A stretch of DNA of 32,000 nt from Robertmurraya kyonggiensis (GCF_005116465.1 NZ_SWBM01000006.1:112993-144992); one strand, 5' to 3'; positions 14,843-23,409 are shown, numbered from the stretch's first letter. Translations and numbers: made by a program. The notes: generated from the letters alone by a model not told the origin.

Positions 14843-15694
14843 ATGGTAACGAATAAAAACAATATGGAAAAAATTGTACTTGTCGGTGCCGCTCAATTAA
14901 TGGAAGAGGTTTTTACTAGCGGGCTATATCGAAAGATGAAGACGGCTGAAAATAAGATTAACTGTATTAAAGGTGCAATTAGAAAGCATCTTGATAATGG
15001 TGATTCTAAACGGTATGATCTATCACATAATTTAGTTGCTAAATACGTTTCTTTTCCATCCTATGAAACAGATGAAAAAGGATTAAAAGAGTTTCTAGAT
15101 GATTATGGTATCTTACCCGAAATCGTTTCCATAAAAGCAAACACCTTTAAAGAAAAGCCCGAAATATTGAAAGCTCTAAGGCCATTTCAATTACCTAGAA
15201 AATTCTACCCCCAATTCTATTTGAATTCAGTGGGGAAGTTACATCTCGACAAGGAAGAATACTCTTTTTCGGGTGACCTCGAACGATTGGCAGGTTATTT
15301 CCTTGAACAAAAAACAAACTTTGAGGAAAGTCAATCCAGGTATCAGAGGTTCATGCAAGAAATAGGGAACTGTCCATTTTTAAAAGCTAGTAAGTCGATG
15401 AGATCTAATTTTGGACTTTGTAAATTGAGGGAAAAGATTATAGAATTCAACTCAAAATCAGTGTACAATGAGTTCGGTAACGATTTCCTAATAGAATTTG
15501 GACAAATATCTATGAGTGCTGTCGAAGAGTATATTGCAAAAGGTTATTTCTCACACAAGGATATTCAAAAGTTTAGAAAAATGACAAATATAGACTTGCG
15601 TTTTGTTATTATGGAGAAAGAAAGTGAGGATCGGCAACTCAACTTTCACCATAAACAAAAAATGAGAAAAGCTCAGATGAGACGGTTTGCATAG
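14843..15694 (+). CDS. Hypothetical protein of about 283 aa (start moved to the ATG at 14843).
   Basis: An AAGGAGG SD lies at 14826-14832. The ORF is long with ordinary codon composition, and no motif was recognised. Confidence 0.6.
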   Translation: MVTNKNNMEKIVLVGAAQLMEEVFTSGLYRKMKTAENKINCIKGAIRKHLDNGDSKRYDLSHNLVAKYVSFPSYETDEKGLKEFLDDYGILPEIVSIKANTFKEKPEILKALRPFQLPRKFYPQFYLNSVGKLHLDKEEYSFSGDLERLAGYFLEQKTNFEESQSRYQRFMQEIGNCPFLKASKSMRSNFGLCKLREKIIEFNSKSVYNEFGNDFLIEFGQISMSAVEEYIAKGYFSHKDIQKFRKMTNIDLRFVIMEKESEDRQLNFHHKQKMRKAQMRRFA

Positions 15695-15718
15695 GAGTTT
15701 ATGTATAACTGAAAGGAC

Positions 15719-15997
15719 GTGTTTACTATCTCTCAACCATTACGAAACGACGAGAATATTGTTAATATCTCTCGTACTGAGAAGACTCCATATTTTTATA
15801 TGCTGGTTGATTACGGAGATTGTTATATGTGTTTGCGTTCTAATCGACGAGATTATGCTCTAGACATAGTAAAGACGATTGGTAAAGATGAGATCTCTCC
15901 TGAAGAAGCAGAATCATTGCTAGATGAAGGTAGGAAATTCTTTGAACATGCAGATAAAGCCGTACAAAAGTTTTTGGAGAAGTATGGAATCAAATAA
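15719..15997 (+). CDS. Hypothetical protein of 92 aa (GTG start).
   Basis: A GAAAGGA SD is present. The ORF is followed by a strong terminator. No motif was recognised. Confidence 0.5.
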   Translation: MFTISQPLRNDENIVNISRTEKTPYFYMLVDYGDCYMCLRSNRRDYALDIVKTIGKDEISPEEAESLLDEGRKFFEHADKAVQKFLEKYGIK

Positions 15998-16008
15998 TTA
16001 CATGAAGG

Positions 16009-16056
16009 AAGACTTTTTTATTCACTAATACAGTGAATAAAGAGGTCTTTTTTTTA
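16009..16056 (+). terminator. Rho-independent terminator.
   Basis: AAGACTTTTTTATTCAC (16009-16025) pairs with GTGAATAAAGAGGTCTT (16033-16049). A run of T residues follows. Confidence 0.75.
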
Positions 16057-16068
16057 TTTGAAAAAATC

Positions 16069-16084
16069 ATACACTTAGGAGGAA
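16069..16084 (+). promoter_or_regulatory. Conserved translation-initiation motif, variant ATACACTTAGGAGGAA (copy 3).
   Basis: It matches copies 1 and 2 at 14 of 16 positions and lies just upstream of the ArdC-like ATG. Confidence 0.5.
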
Positions 16085-16089
16085 TTAAT

Positions 16090-16941
16090 ATGACATTTAC
16101 AAAAACGAAGGAAAATATACAAGAAAAAGTAAAAGAAGCATTTAAACTGATCGAAGAAGGAGTAAAATCTATTACTTCTTCAGACCGATATCAAGAATTC
16201 CTTAAATTTTCTTCTCGATTTTATAACTATTCAATCAATAATCAGATTCTCATTTGGGTCCAGAAGCCTAATGCTACATTTGTTGCAGGATTTCAAACGT
16301 GGAAGAAGATGGGTAGGCCTGTAAAAAAAGGGGAAAAAGGAATAAGGATTCTTGCACCTGTTCAAGTATCAGTCAACAAAGTGAATGAAGATGGGGAAGA
16401 AGAGGTAATTAAGTTTAATAGATATCAAATGATTTCTGTATTTGACATATCTCAGACAAAGGGTGAAGTACCTGTTCCATCGTTACATGAATTTGTAAAA
16501 GAAGTTGAAGGGGAAACAGAGCTTTATTCAATGATAAGGGAAATCAGCCCATTTCCAGTTGAAGAATTGGATGATTGTAAAGGAGCTGATGGATACATTT
16601 CACTTAAAACAAAAGAAATAAAGATTCTTTCTTCCAACTCAACCGCTCATAAACTGCTAACACTTATTCATGAAATGGCGCATGGATTGCTACATAGTGA
16701 CAGAAAAAACAAGCCAAGTCGTACTGTAATGGAAATTGAAGCAGAATCAGTTGGATTTATCGTCTGTCATGCATTAGGTATTGATACGTCCGTTAATTCT
16801 CTTGGCTATTTAGCAAGTTACGGTGGTAAAGCTACAATGAATTTTGTTGAGGATAGCAAAGAAAGAATTAATCTGACAGCAAAGAAGATCCTTTCTGATT
16901 TCGAAAAAACCTATTTACCTAAAGAAGACAATACACAATGA
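16090..16941 (+). CDS. ardC: ArdC-like protein with an N-terminal ssDNA-binding domain and a C-terminal HExxH metalloprotease domain.
   Basis: YSINNQILIWVQKPNATFVAGFQTWKKMGRPVKKGEKGIRILAP is the ArdC N-terminal signature, and LIHEMAHGLLH is a zinc-protease motif. The start was moved to the ATG at 16090 behind the SD. Confidence 0.75.
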   Translation: MTFTKTKENIQEKVKEAFKLIEEGVKSITSSDRYQEFLKFSSRFYNYSINNQILIWVQKPNATFVAGFQTWKKMGRPVKKGEKGIRILAPVQVSVNKVNEDGEEEVIKFNRYQMISVFDISQTKGEVPVPSLHEFVKEVEGETELYSMIREISPFPVEELDDCKGADGYISLKTKEIKILSSNSTAHKLLTLIHEMAHGLLHSDRKNKPSRTVMEIEAESVGFIVCHALGIDTSVNSLGYLASYGGKATMNFVEDSKERINLTAKKILSDFEKTYLPKEDNTQ

Positions 16942-16988
16942 GGACATTCAATTTGCCAAAGATACTATTCTTTGGTTTTTTTTTATTA

Positions 16989-17098
16989 TATACTAGACCC
17001 ATAGTATTTTTTATTTGCTCTTATGAGCCTGACATTGAAGTTTCAAGCCCTACGGGTACCATTTTCTTTTAAGAGAATTGTATCAGTTGGGCTTTTTT
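16989..17098 (+). ncRNA. Conserved promoter-proximal leader (copy B), homologous to 13242-13359.
   Basis: TATACT at 16989 aligns without gaps to TAGAAT at 13242. The identical 25-mer lies at 17007-17031. An AAGCCC...GGGCTT hairpin (17045-17094) is followed by a T-run. Confidence 0.5.
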
Positions 17099-17214
17099 GT
17101 GTTCATCAGCAAATATTACATACTAGGAAAATTGTATAGAGTTACTTGTTAAAAGCCTTATTTGAAATGAACACTTATTTCATTTTTGGCTTTTTCTGTT
17201 TAAGCAACTCTCAA

Positions 17215-17230
17215 ACACACATAGGAGGAA
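17215..17230 (+). promoter_or_regulatory. Conserved translation-initiation motif, variant ACACACATAGGAGGAA (copy 4).
   Basis: It matches copy 1 at 14 of 16 positions and lies 5 nt upstream of the ATG at 17236. Confidence 0.5.
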
Positions 17231-17235
17231 TAAAG

Positions 17236-17373
17236 ATGAAAAATATTCACATTAGGAGCATTTTAACAGTTTCAAAGGAAGAACTATTTGATGAAAAGAG
17301 CATAGAATTACTAGAATTCATGACTGGAAACCAACTAACTCCTGAACAATATTGTACGGTGAACCAAAATTGA
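17236..17373 (+). CDS. Hypothetical 45-aa protein, the credible part of track ORF 17146..17373.
   Basis: A strong SD sits within the conserved motif. The translation is MKNIHIRSILTVSKEELFDEKSIELLEFMTGNQLTPEQYCTVNQN. Confidence 0.45.
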   Translation: MKNIHIRSILTVSKEELFDEKSIELLEFMTGNQLTPEQYCTVNQN

Positions 17374-17437
17374 ATACATAAAATAAAAACACTGTATATC
17401 AAACATTACAGCGTTTTCCTATGTACCTATTTTTGAT

Positions 17438-18391
17438 TCACCGTACATTATTGGAGATACGTATTGCTTCAACTGTTACACCGACCGTTTTGCAATCACA
17501 GAAAGGCTGTCCCCGGAACGAACTGTATAAGTAAAAGTAGTTCTTTCATCAACAACTGTTTCCGGTTCAGGAATCGGTGTTTGTGTTGTTTTTTCCGAAT
17601 TTCCTGTCGGGCTAGTAAAGTTTGACCTATAGTAATCAGATCGCTATTAAAGTTATTAACTGTTTTCAGTGATTCAACAGTTGTTCCAAAACGTTTAGCA
17701 ATTACTGATAAGCTGTCTCCAGATACAACCGTATTTTTTGTTGTTTGCTGAGTGGATGGGGGAGTATCTGATAAGGTATTTGTTAATTCACCAATTATGG
17801 TCTGAGGTATAATAAGTGTTTGACCGAGACGAGTTGAGCCAGTTAGTAGTCCGTTTGCTTCTTTTATAGAATCAATTGTAGTACCGTATTTTTTGGCTAA
17901 AACTGATAAATAATCACCTGTCCCAATTAGATGAAATGCTTTAGGTATTATTAATTGTTGATTTAGACGTAAAGTATCCGAGTTTAGTTTGTTCGCCCTC
18001 TTTATACTATCAATTGAGGTGTTGAACTTCCTAGATAAATTCCAAAGCGTATCTCCTAGAGATACCTTATAGTAGATGGAGTTTGATTGTGAAACTGTGA
18101 GTTACTAGTAATGGGTTCTTCTGCATGTACAGAAGGTGAGTTAGCTCCCATTAATGGAATAGATGTCACAGCAATCCCACCAATTATTACCTTTACCATG
18201 GTTACTTTAACATTTGGATATCGTTCCTTTATAATTTTCTTTGCTAAAGTAACAACATCCTTTTTTTCTCGTGGTATAGTACCTAGTTCATCTGTGAATT
18301 CGGATAAATGCTCAGCTGGATAAATGAAGATTGTATATTCATCATTCTCCGAGCTGATTTTCTTGATTTCGTGTCTTTGATAGTAATCCAT
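17438..18391 (-). pseudogene. Protein with multiple LysM peptidoglycan-binding domains, inactivated by at least three frameshifts.
   Basis: The N-terminal 111-aa ORF includes a TM segment. Downstream LysM repeats are readable only by shifting frame: YKVSLGDTLWNLSRKFNTSIDSIKRANKL, GDYLSVLAKKYGTTIDSIKEANGL, GDSLSVIAKRFGTTVESLKTVN and GDSLSVIAKR-GVTVEAIRISN. Confidence 0.75.
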
Positions 18392-18557
18392 ATACTAACC
18401 CCTTTATGATTAAGTAATATTTTATAGTCTCTTACAATTTTTTAATAATCATTCCCCTTGATTAATCATTAAAAATTTCATTTTCTTCTAGGAAAAATTA
18501 CTAGGGAAAATTAATTACAAAAGACCACCCTCATTAAAAACGAAGGTAGTCTAAACA

Positions 18558-20015
18558 TCAAGATGTAATAGGAATGACTTGAGACTTGAATAAATATTTT
18601 ATAGTTTCAGTATCAGTTTTAGTTGGTAAAATAAACGGTTCCTTATATAATTCATGCCCTTTTCCAGTAATCACCACGTAATCATCTGCTTTAGCATTTT
18701 TCCAGGCATATTCAATGGCTTTTGTACGATCATTAATTATTGTTATTTTGCTATTTCTAAAAATCTTAGCTAATTCATTTAGTTCTGAAATCATACTATC
18801 TAAAGCAACACAATTTAGATCATCGATGGTTAAAATAATTTCATCACAAAAATGTGTGGAAATATTCAACATGTCTATTCTTTTAGATATATCTCTTTTC
18901 CCCCTAAATCCAAAAATGTGAATTAATTTTCGATGGGGGTAATTTACTACTGCACTCAAAAACTTCTCTAATCCATCAGGAGTATGTGCATAATCAACAA
19001 CAAAAGTAACATTTGAGTTATTTTTATGAACCTCAAATCTGCCTGAAACACCAGAAAAGGTCATAAAGGATTTTTGAATTGTAGGGACATCCATTCCTAT
19101 TCTTAATGCAACAGTTATTGCTGCAAGTGCATTTTCAACATTATAATCCCCAGGGATCGGAAGATGAAATTGCCATTCTTCACCTAACCATCTTACTTTA
19201 TTAAGGGAATCCTTAGTACACGAAAGTAACTGTAAATTATCCTCAGCACTACTTCCATAAGTAAATACAGGAACTCCATCATTCCGCAGTTGCTTTATTA
19301 ACTTTTTTCCCCAAGAACAATTAGAATTTACAATCGATTCTCCTTTAGTTGTTAACTTTTTAAATAACTTGGCTTTGCTATTAAAGTAATCATCAAGATC
19401 CTTATGATAATCCAAGTGTTCATGGGAAAGATTGGTAAAAACAGTAAAGTCAAAACCAATTCCTTCAACTCGTTTTTGGTCTAGGCCATGTGAAGAAACT
19501 TCCATTACAACATACTTATCTTTACTTATGCTTAACATTTCTTGCAATTCCAATGAACTTGGAGTAGTTGCTTTTGAACTTGATTCTTGTCCATTAATAT
19601 AATTAGCCACAGTACTAATCAGAGTGCACGAACGTCTAGAAGTCCTTAAAATATGGTGAAGCATATAAGAGGTTGTTGTTTTTCCATTAGTGCCAGTAAT
19701 GCCAACCATGTTGTGAGAAGAGGAAGGGAAATTGAAAAACACAGAAGAAAGTAACCCAAGGGCTTCTCTGCCATCGTGTACTTTAAAGAAAGGGACTGAT
19801 ATATTGTCCATTTCTTTTTCACCCACTACAACAGTTGCTCCTCTTAAAATTGCATCTTGAATATAGTTATGTCCATCTTCATTAAACCCTTTTATAGCAA
19901 CAAACATATCACCTTTACGGATAGTATCGGATTTAAATTTAATACCTTTAATCTCAATGTCAGGAATGTTACTAGTTGTAATATATAGAGGTTCGAGCAA
20001 TAATTTGAGTTTCAT
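18558..20015 (-). CDS. murE: Mur ligase family protein, MurE-like (UDP-MurNAc-L-Ala-D-Glu:diamino-acid ligase paralogue).
   Basis: It has the P-loop GITGTNGKTTTS, the motifs MEVSSHGL and DYAHTPDGLE, and a typical length of 485 aa. Confidence 0.75.
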   Translation of the reverse strand: MKLKLLLEPLYITTSNIPDIEIKGIKFKSDTIRKGDMFVAIKGFNEDGHNYIQDAILRGATVVVGEKEMDNISVPFFKVHDGREALGLLSSVFFNFPSSSHNMVGITGTNGKTTTSYMLHHILRTSRRSCTLISTVANYINGQESSSKATTPSSLELQEMLSISKDKYVVMEVSSHGLDQKRVEGIGFDFTVFTNLSHEHLDYHKDLDDYFNSKAKLFKKLTTKGESIVNSNCSWGKKLIKQLRNDGVPVFTYGSSAEDNLQLLSCTKDSLNKVRWLGEEWQFHLPIPGDYNVENALAAITVALRIGMDVPTIQKSFMTFSGVSGRFEVHKNNSNVTFVVDYAHTPDGLEKFLSAVVNYPHRKLIHIFGFRGKRDISKRIDMLNISTHFCDEIILTIDDLNCVALDSMISELNELAKIFRNSKITIINDRTKAIEYAWKNAKADDYVVITGKGHELYKEPFILPTKTDTETIKYLFKSQVIPITS

Positions 20016-20481
20016 TAATCATAGTAACCTCCTATCGAAAAGTTAATTTGTATATAATAAAAAGCTCTGTAATTAATTTAAATTTCATTTTCAAAAAAAT
20101 GTTAGATAACTTATGTTTTACAAGTAAAGATTAAATTATTCTTACATAGGGCTTAATACTTTATAGAGACTAACAATTCATTATGTAGAAATTGTGTGTT
20201 TTCAATAAGAAGTCCAAGAATTTTATTAGTCATTAAGTAAAATAGTTATTATTAGAAAAATATAAAATTTTTATCTCTTCGATTTAAAATTAATGCAATT
20301 TCATAAAATCTCCACAATTGTTTTTTATACTTTTTATGTCCTAGTTTTACGGTTTTGAGATAAAAAATATAGTGTGAATTTTTTCGAATAGGCTGTCCGA
20401 TATAAATTCGGCATTCTTTTTCAATTTTTATAATAGATTTCACTTAATATTTTTAAAATCTAAAAGTAACAATTCTAAAAT

Positions 20482-20928
20482 TGTAGACGTCAAGTCGAAT
20501 TTTACACTTTTTGCTCGTTTCCTTTTTACACTTCTGCTGAAAAAATGCTCTTCCGGTTTTTCAACCGATGACTTTCCTCATCCTCTCCACCATGTATGAC
20601 TTCCACACGATGAAGTAAACGTTCTAAAATAGCTGTCCAATTAAATTACCCCATTCATCTGAACTATTATTTGAAGTCAGGATGATCAACTTCGTTCGTA
20701 TAAATGATTGATTAAATGAAAAAATAAGTTTGCTTCTCTCTGATCCATCGCCATGTACATCAAATCATCGAAAATCACAAGATCGGCATTTCTAATCAGT
20801 TTGAGTTGTACTTTAGATTTATTCAGGTATACTTCTGTCTTTAAAAGCTGTACAAGCTCACCCATTGTAGCGAAGTAAACATAGAATCCTCTGTGAACGG
20901 ATAGTGGACCATGTTTTTCATGGTCCAC
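20482..20928 (-). pseudogene. istB: IS21-family IstB (AAA+ helper) remnant, 5'-truncated and frameshifted, with a probable IS end near 20482.
   Basis: GFYVYFATMGELVQLL, DLVIFDDLMYMAMDQREANLFFHLINHLYERS and then a frameshifted ILTSNNSSDEWGNL are IstB motifs. No istA or Walker A region is present. The element would end in ...TCTACA on the minus strand. Confidence 0.7.
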
Positions 20929-20955
20929 TTAATTATGACTGAAAGCAATAAGAAG

Positions 20956-20985
20956 TTGACGAATATACCTATGAGGGTATATTAT
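20956..20985 (+). promoter_or_regulatory. Promoter (TTGACG -35, TATATT/TATTAT -10) overlapped by CstR/CsoR-type operator ATACCTATGAGGGTAT (20965-20980).
   Basis: An ATACC-N6-GGTAT dyad lies between the -35 and -10 elements, upstream of the CsoR-family gene. Confidence 0.6.
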
Positions 20986-21143
20986 GGGTGTGTAACCTAT
21001 ACTAATATCGGTTACTATATTGTTAAGATATTAATAAATAATATTAATAGTATAAATCAAGTAAATATGTTTTAGTATGAATATATGTCTTAAGATGTTC
21101 TTAAGATGTTTAATGAACGAAAAGTAAAGGAAGGAGAATAATA

Positions 21144-21404
21144 ATGGAGTACAATGAACAAATAATTAATAGAGTAAAACGTATGGAAGGCCAACTAAGA
21201 GGAATCTTAAAGATGATGGAAGAAGGTAAGCATTGTAAAGAAGTGATTACACAATTATCTGCAGTAAGATCTGCTGTTGATCGTACAGTAGGTGTCATCG
21301 TTAGTTCCAACTTAGTTGAATGTGTACTAGAGGCTGAAAAAAATGGTGAAAATACAGATGAACTTATTAAAGAAGCTGTCAATCTTTTAGTAAGAAGTAG
21401 ATAA
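21144..21404 (+). CDS. cstR: CsoR-family repressor of the CstR (persulfide-sensing) type.
   Basis: The 86-aa four-helix-bundle pattern is RVKRMEGQLRGILKMMEEGKHC...NLVEC. Cysteines are at positions 31 and 60. The residue four before the second Cys is Asn, not the His of Cu-sensing CsoR. Confidence 0.75.
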   Translation: MEYNEQIINRVKRMEGQLRGILKMMEEGKHCKEVITQLSAVRSAVDRTVGVIVSSNLVECVLEAEKNGENTDELIKEAVNLLVRSR

Positions 21405-21411
21405 AAAATGA

Positions 21412-21455
21412 TTGACAGTCATTTTTTTAATTCGTTAGTATACCTATACGGGTAT
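21412..21455 (+). promoter_or_regulatory. Promoter TTGACA-18-TAGTAT with operator ATACCTATACGGGTAT (21440-21455) over the -10/+1 region.
   Basis: It has a consensus -35 element and a perfect ATACC-N6-GGTAT dyad. Confidence 0.6.
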
Positions 21456-21499
21456 TGGTAATTAAAAAATTGATTCAGTATATTATTATGATCACAAAT

Positions 21500-21515
21500 A
21501 TACCTATGTGGATAT
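21500..21515 (+). promoter_or_regulatory. Third CstR-type operator, ATACCTATGTGGATAT.
   Basis: It has one mismatch to the dyad and lies 25 nt upstream of the DsrE-like gene start. Confidence 0.5.
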
Positions 21516-21539
21516 AAATGAAGAACAATAGGAGGAATT

Positions 21540-22022
21540 ATGATGTCAGACAAGAAGCGTACAACGATTATTTTATTTAGTGGAGACTATGATAAAGCAA
21601 TGGCTGCTTATATTATTGCAAATGGTGCAGCAGCATTCGATCATGAGGTTACAATATTTCATACTTTCTGGGGATTAAATGCCCTTCGAAAAGAAGAGCA
21701 TGTACCAGTTCAAAAAGGATTTATCGAAAAGATGTTTGCGAAAATGATGCCAAGAGGTGCTGATAAAATGGGCCTCTCAAACATGAACTTTGGTGGATTT
21801 GGACCTAAAATGATCAAAAACATTATAAAAAAGCATAACGCTATGCCATTACCACAACTTATTGAAATGGCTCAAGAACAAGATGTTAAATTAGTAGCTT
21901 GTACAATGACAATGGATTTACTTGGACTACAACAAGAAGAATTATTAGAGGGTATTGAATACGCTGGTGTGGCTGCTTACTTAGCAGATGCTCAGGAAGG
22001 TAATGTAAATTTATTTATCTAA
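21540..22022 (+). CDS. yrkE: DsrE/DsrF-like sulfur-relay family protein (YrkE-like).
   Basis: At 160 aa it matches B. subtilis YrkE in size. Motifs include ILFSGDYDKAMAAYIIANGAA and VKLVACTMTMDLLG. It sits at the first position of the operon. Confidence 0.65.
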   Translation: MMSDKKRTTIILFSGDYDKAMAAYIIANGAAAFDHEVTIFHTFWGLNALRKEEHVPVQKGFIEKMFAKMMPRGADKMGLSNMNFGGFGPKMIKNIIKKHNAMPLPQLIEMAQEQDVKLVACTMTMDLLGLQQEELLEGIEYAGVAAYLADAQEGNVNLFI

Positions 22023-22066
22023 TATAGTAGGGTAATTTTCCCTTGTTTTAGATTGGAGGTATCAGA

Positions 22067-22426
22067 ATGGAATACGTAAACTACATGCTATTAGTTCTTG
22101 TCATGTTCTTTATCATAAGACGAATTCTTGGAGTAAAAGGGATAAAAAATATTACTACAGCTGAACTAAAAAATCAGCTTAATGATGTAAATAAACAATA
22201 TATTGATGTAAGAACTCCAGCAGAGTATAAGGCAAACAATATTCAAGGTTTTAAGAATATCCCACTTCAACAATTACCAAAAAAATTAAATGAACTATCA
22301 AAAGATAAAGAAGTAATAATTATTTGCCAAAGTGGTATGAGAAGTAACAAAGCAAGTACGATCCTTAAAAAGAATGGTTTTACGCAAGTAACAAATGTTA
22401 GAGGCGGAATGAGCACCTGGTCATAA
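22067..22426 (+). CDS. Membrane-anchored single-domain rhodanese.
   Basis: It has an N-terminal TM helix, the rhodanese pattern IDVRTPAEY and the active-site loop CQSGMRS. Confidence 0.75.
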   Translation: MEYVNYMLLVLVMFFIIRRILGVKGIKNITTAELKNQLNDVNKQYIDVRTPAEYKANNIQGFKNIPLQQLPKKLNELSKDKEVIIICQSGMRSNKASTILKKNGFTQVTNVRGGMSTWS

Positions 22427-22454
22427 AAAATAAACGATAAGGAGGCATTTTAAA

Positions 22455-22751
22455 ATGAAAGAAATTAGTGTAAAAGAAGTAGAAACATTATTAGATGATG
22501 GTATTGAGTTAAATTTAATAGATGTTAGAGAAGTTGAGGAAGTAGCTGCTGAGAAAATTCCTGGAGTAATCAATATCCCACTTGGTTTACTTGAGTTTCG
22601 CATGCATGAATTTGATAAATCGAAAGAACATATCATGATTTGTCGCTCAGGTGGAAGAAGTGGTCGTGCTACTCAATTTCTAGGCAATCATGGATTCAAT
22701 GTAATTAATATGACTGGTGGTATGCTTGCTTGGGAAGGTAAGGTTGAATAA
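22455..22751 (+). CDS. Single-domain rhodanese (98 aa).
   Basis: It has LIDVREVEE and the active-site loop CRSGGRSGRA. Confidence 0.75.
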   Translation: MKEISVKEVETLLDDGIELNLIDVREVEEVAAEKIPGVINIPLGLLEFRMHEFDKSKEHIMICRSGGRSGRATQFLGNHGFNVINMTGGMLAWEGKVE

Positions 22752-22768
22752 TTTTTTTACAAAAAACA

Positions 22769-22784
22769 ATACCCCATAGAGTAT
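22769..22784 (+). promoter_or_regulatory. Fourth CstR-type operator, ATACCCCATAGAGTAT.
   Basis: It has one mismatch to ATACC-N6-GGTAT and lies in the 54-nt gap before the TusA-rhodanese gene. Confidence 0.45.
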
Positions 22785-22805
22785 AAATGGGTTGGAGGTT
22801 ATCGT

Positions 22806-23366
22806 ATGAAAGCAAATGTCATTCTTGATGCAAAAGGGCTCGCGTGTCCAATGCCGATTGTTAAAACGAAAAAAGTAATGAATGAACTAGAACCAGGTCA
22901 TGTTATCGAAGTTCAAGCAACAGATAAAGGCTCTAAAGCAGATATCAAAGCCTGGGCAGAAAGCACAGGTCATCAATATTTAGGAACGCTTGAAGAAGGT
23001 GAAGTTTTAAAGCATTATTTAAGAAAATCTTCTAATGAAGAAAAAGAAGAAAGAAAACATCCACATGTTATAAGTAATGAAGAATTAGAAAAACGTTTAG
23101 AAAGCAATGACAATATTGTTGTACTAGATGTTAGAGAATCAGCTGAATATGGATTTAATCATATTCCAAGTACCCTCTCTATTCCACTTGGTGAATTAGA
23201 AGCACGTATGGATGAATTAAATAAGGACACAGAAATCTTCATTGTGTGCCGAACTGGGAACCGAAGTGATCTTGCCGCTCAAAAGCTAACGGAAAAAGGT
23301 TTTACAACTGTATTTAATGTAGTCCCGGGAATGATGTATTGGACTGGTAAAACGACAAGTATTTAA
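22806..23366 (+). CDS. yrkF: TusA/SirA-like domain fused to rhodanese (YrkF-like).
   Basis: The N-terminal GLACPMPIVKTKK (TusA CPxP motif) is combined with a C-terminal rhodanese (VLDVRESAEY and the CRTGNRS loop). Its 186 aa compare with about 185 aa for YrkF. Confidence 0.7.
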   Translation: MKANVILDAKGLACPMPIVKTKKVMNELEPGHVIEVQATDKGSKADIKAWAESTGHQYLGTLEEGEVLKHYLRKSSNEEKEERKHPHVISNEELEKRLESNDNIVVLDVRESAEYGFNHIPSTLSIPLGELEARMDELNKDTEIFIVCRTGNRSDLAAQKLTEKGFTTVFNVVPGMMYWTGKTTSI

Positions 23367-23409
23367 TCATTCCGGATAAAACAAAAAGTAAAAGTTTTTT
23401 AATAAAAAC

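Noticed and set aside
20252-20443. Track ORF of 63 aa on the minus strand.
   Set aside because: It has no SD and a Lys/Ile-rich composition typical of random AT-rich frames. It sits in an intergenic region beside the IS21 end.
21087-21107. Tandem near-duplication GTCTTAAGAT / GTTCTTAAGAT upstream of cstR.
   Set aside because: There are only two units in a very AT-rich spacer. It could be a binding site, but there is no supporting context, and the CstR dyads are different.
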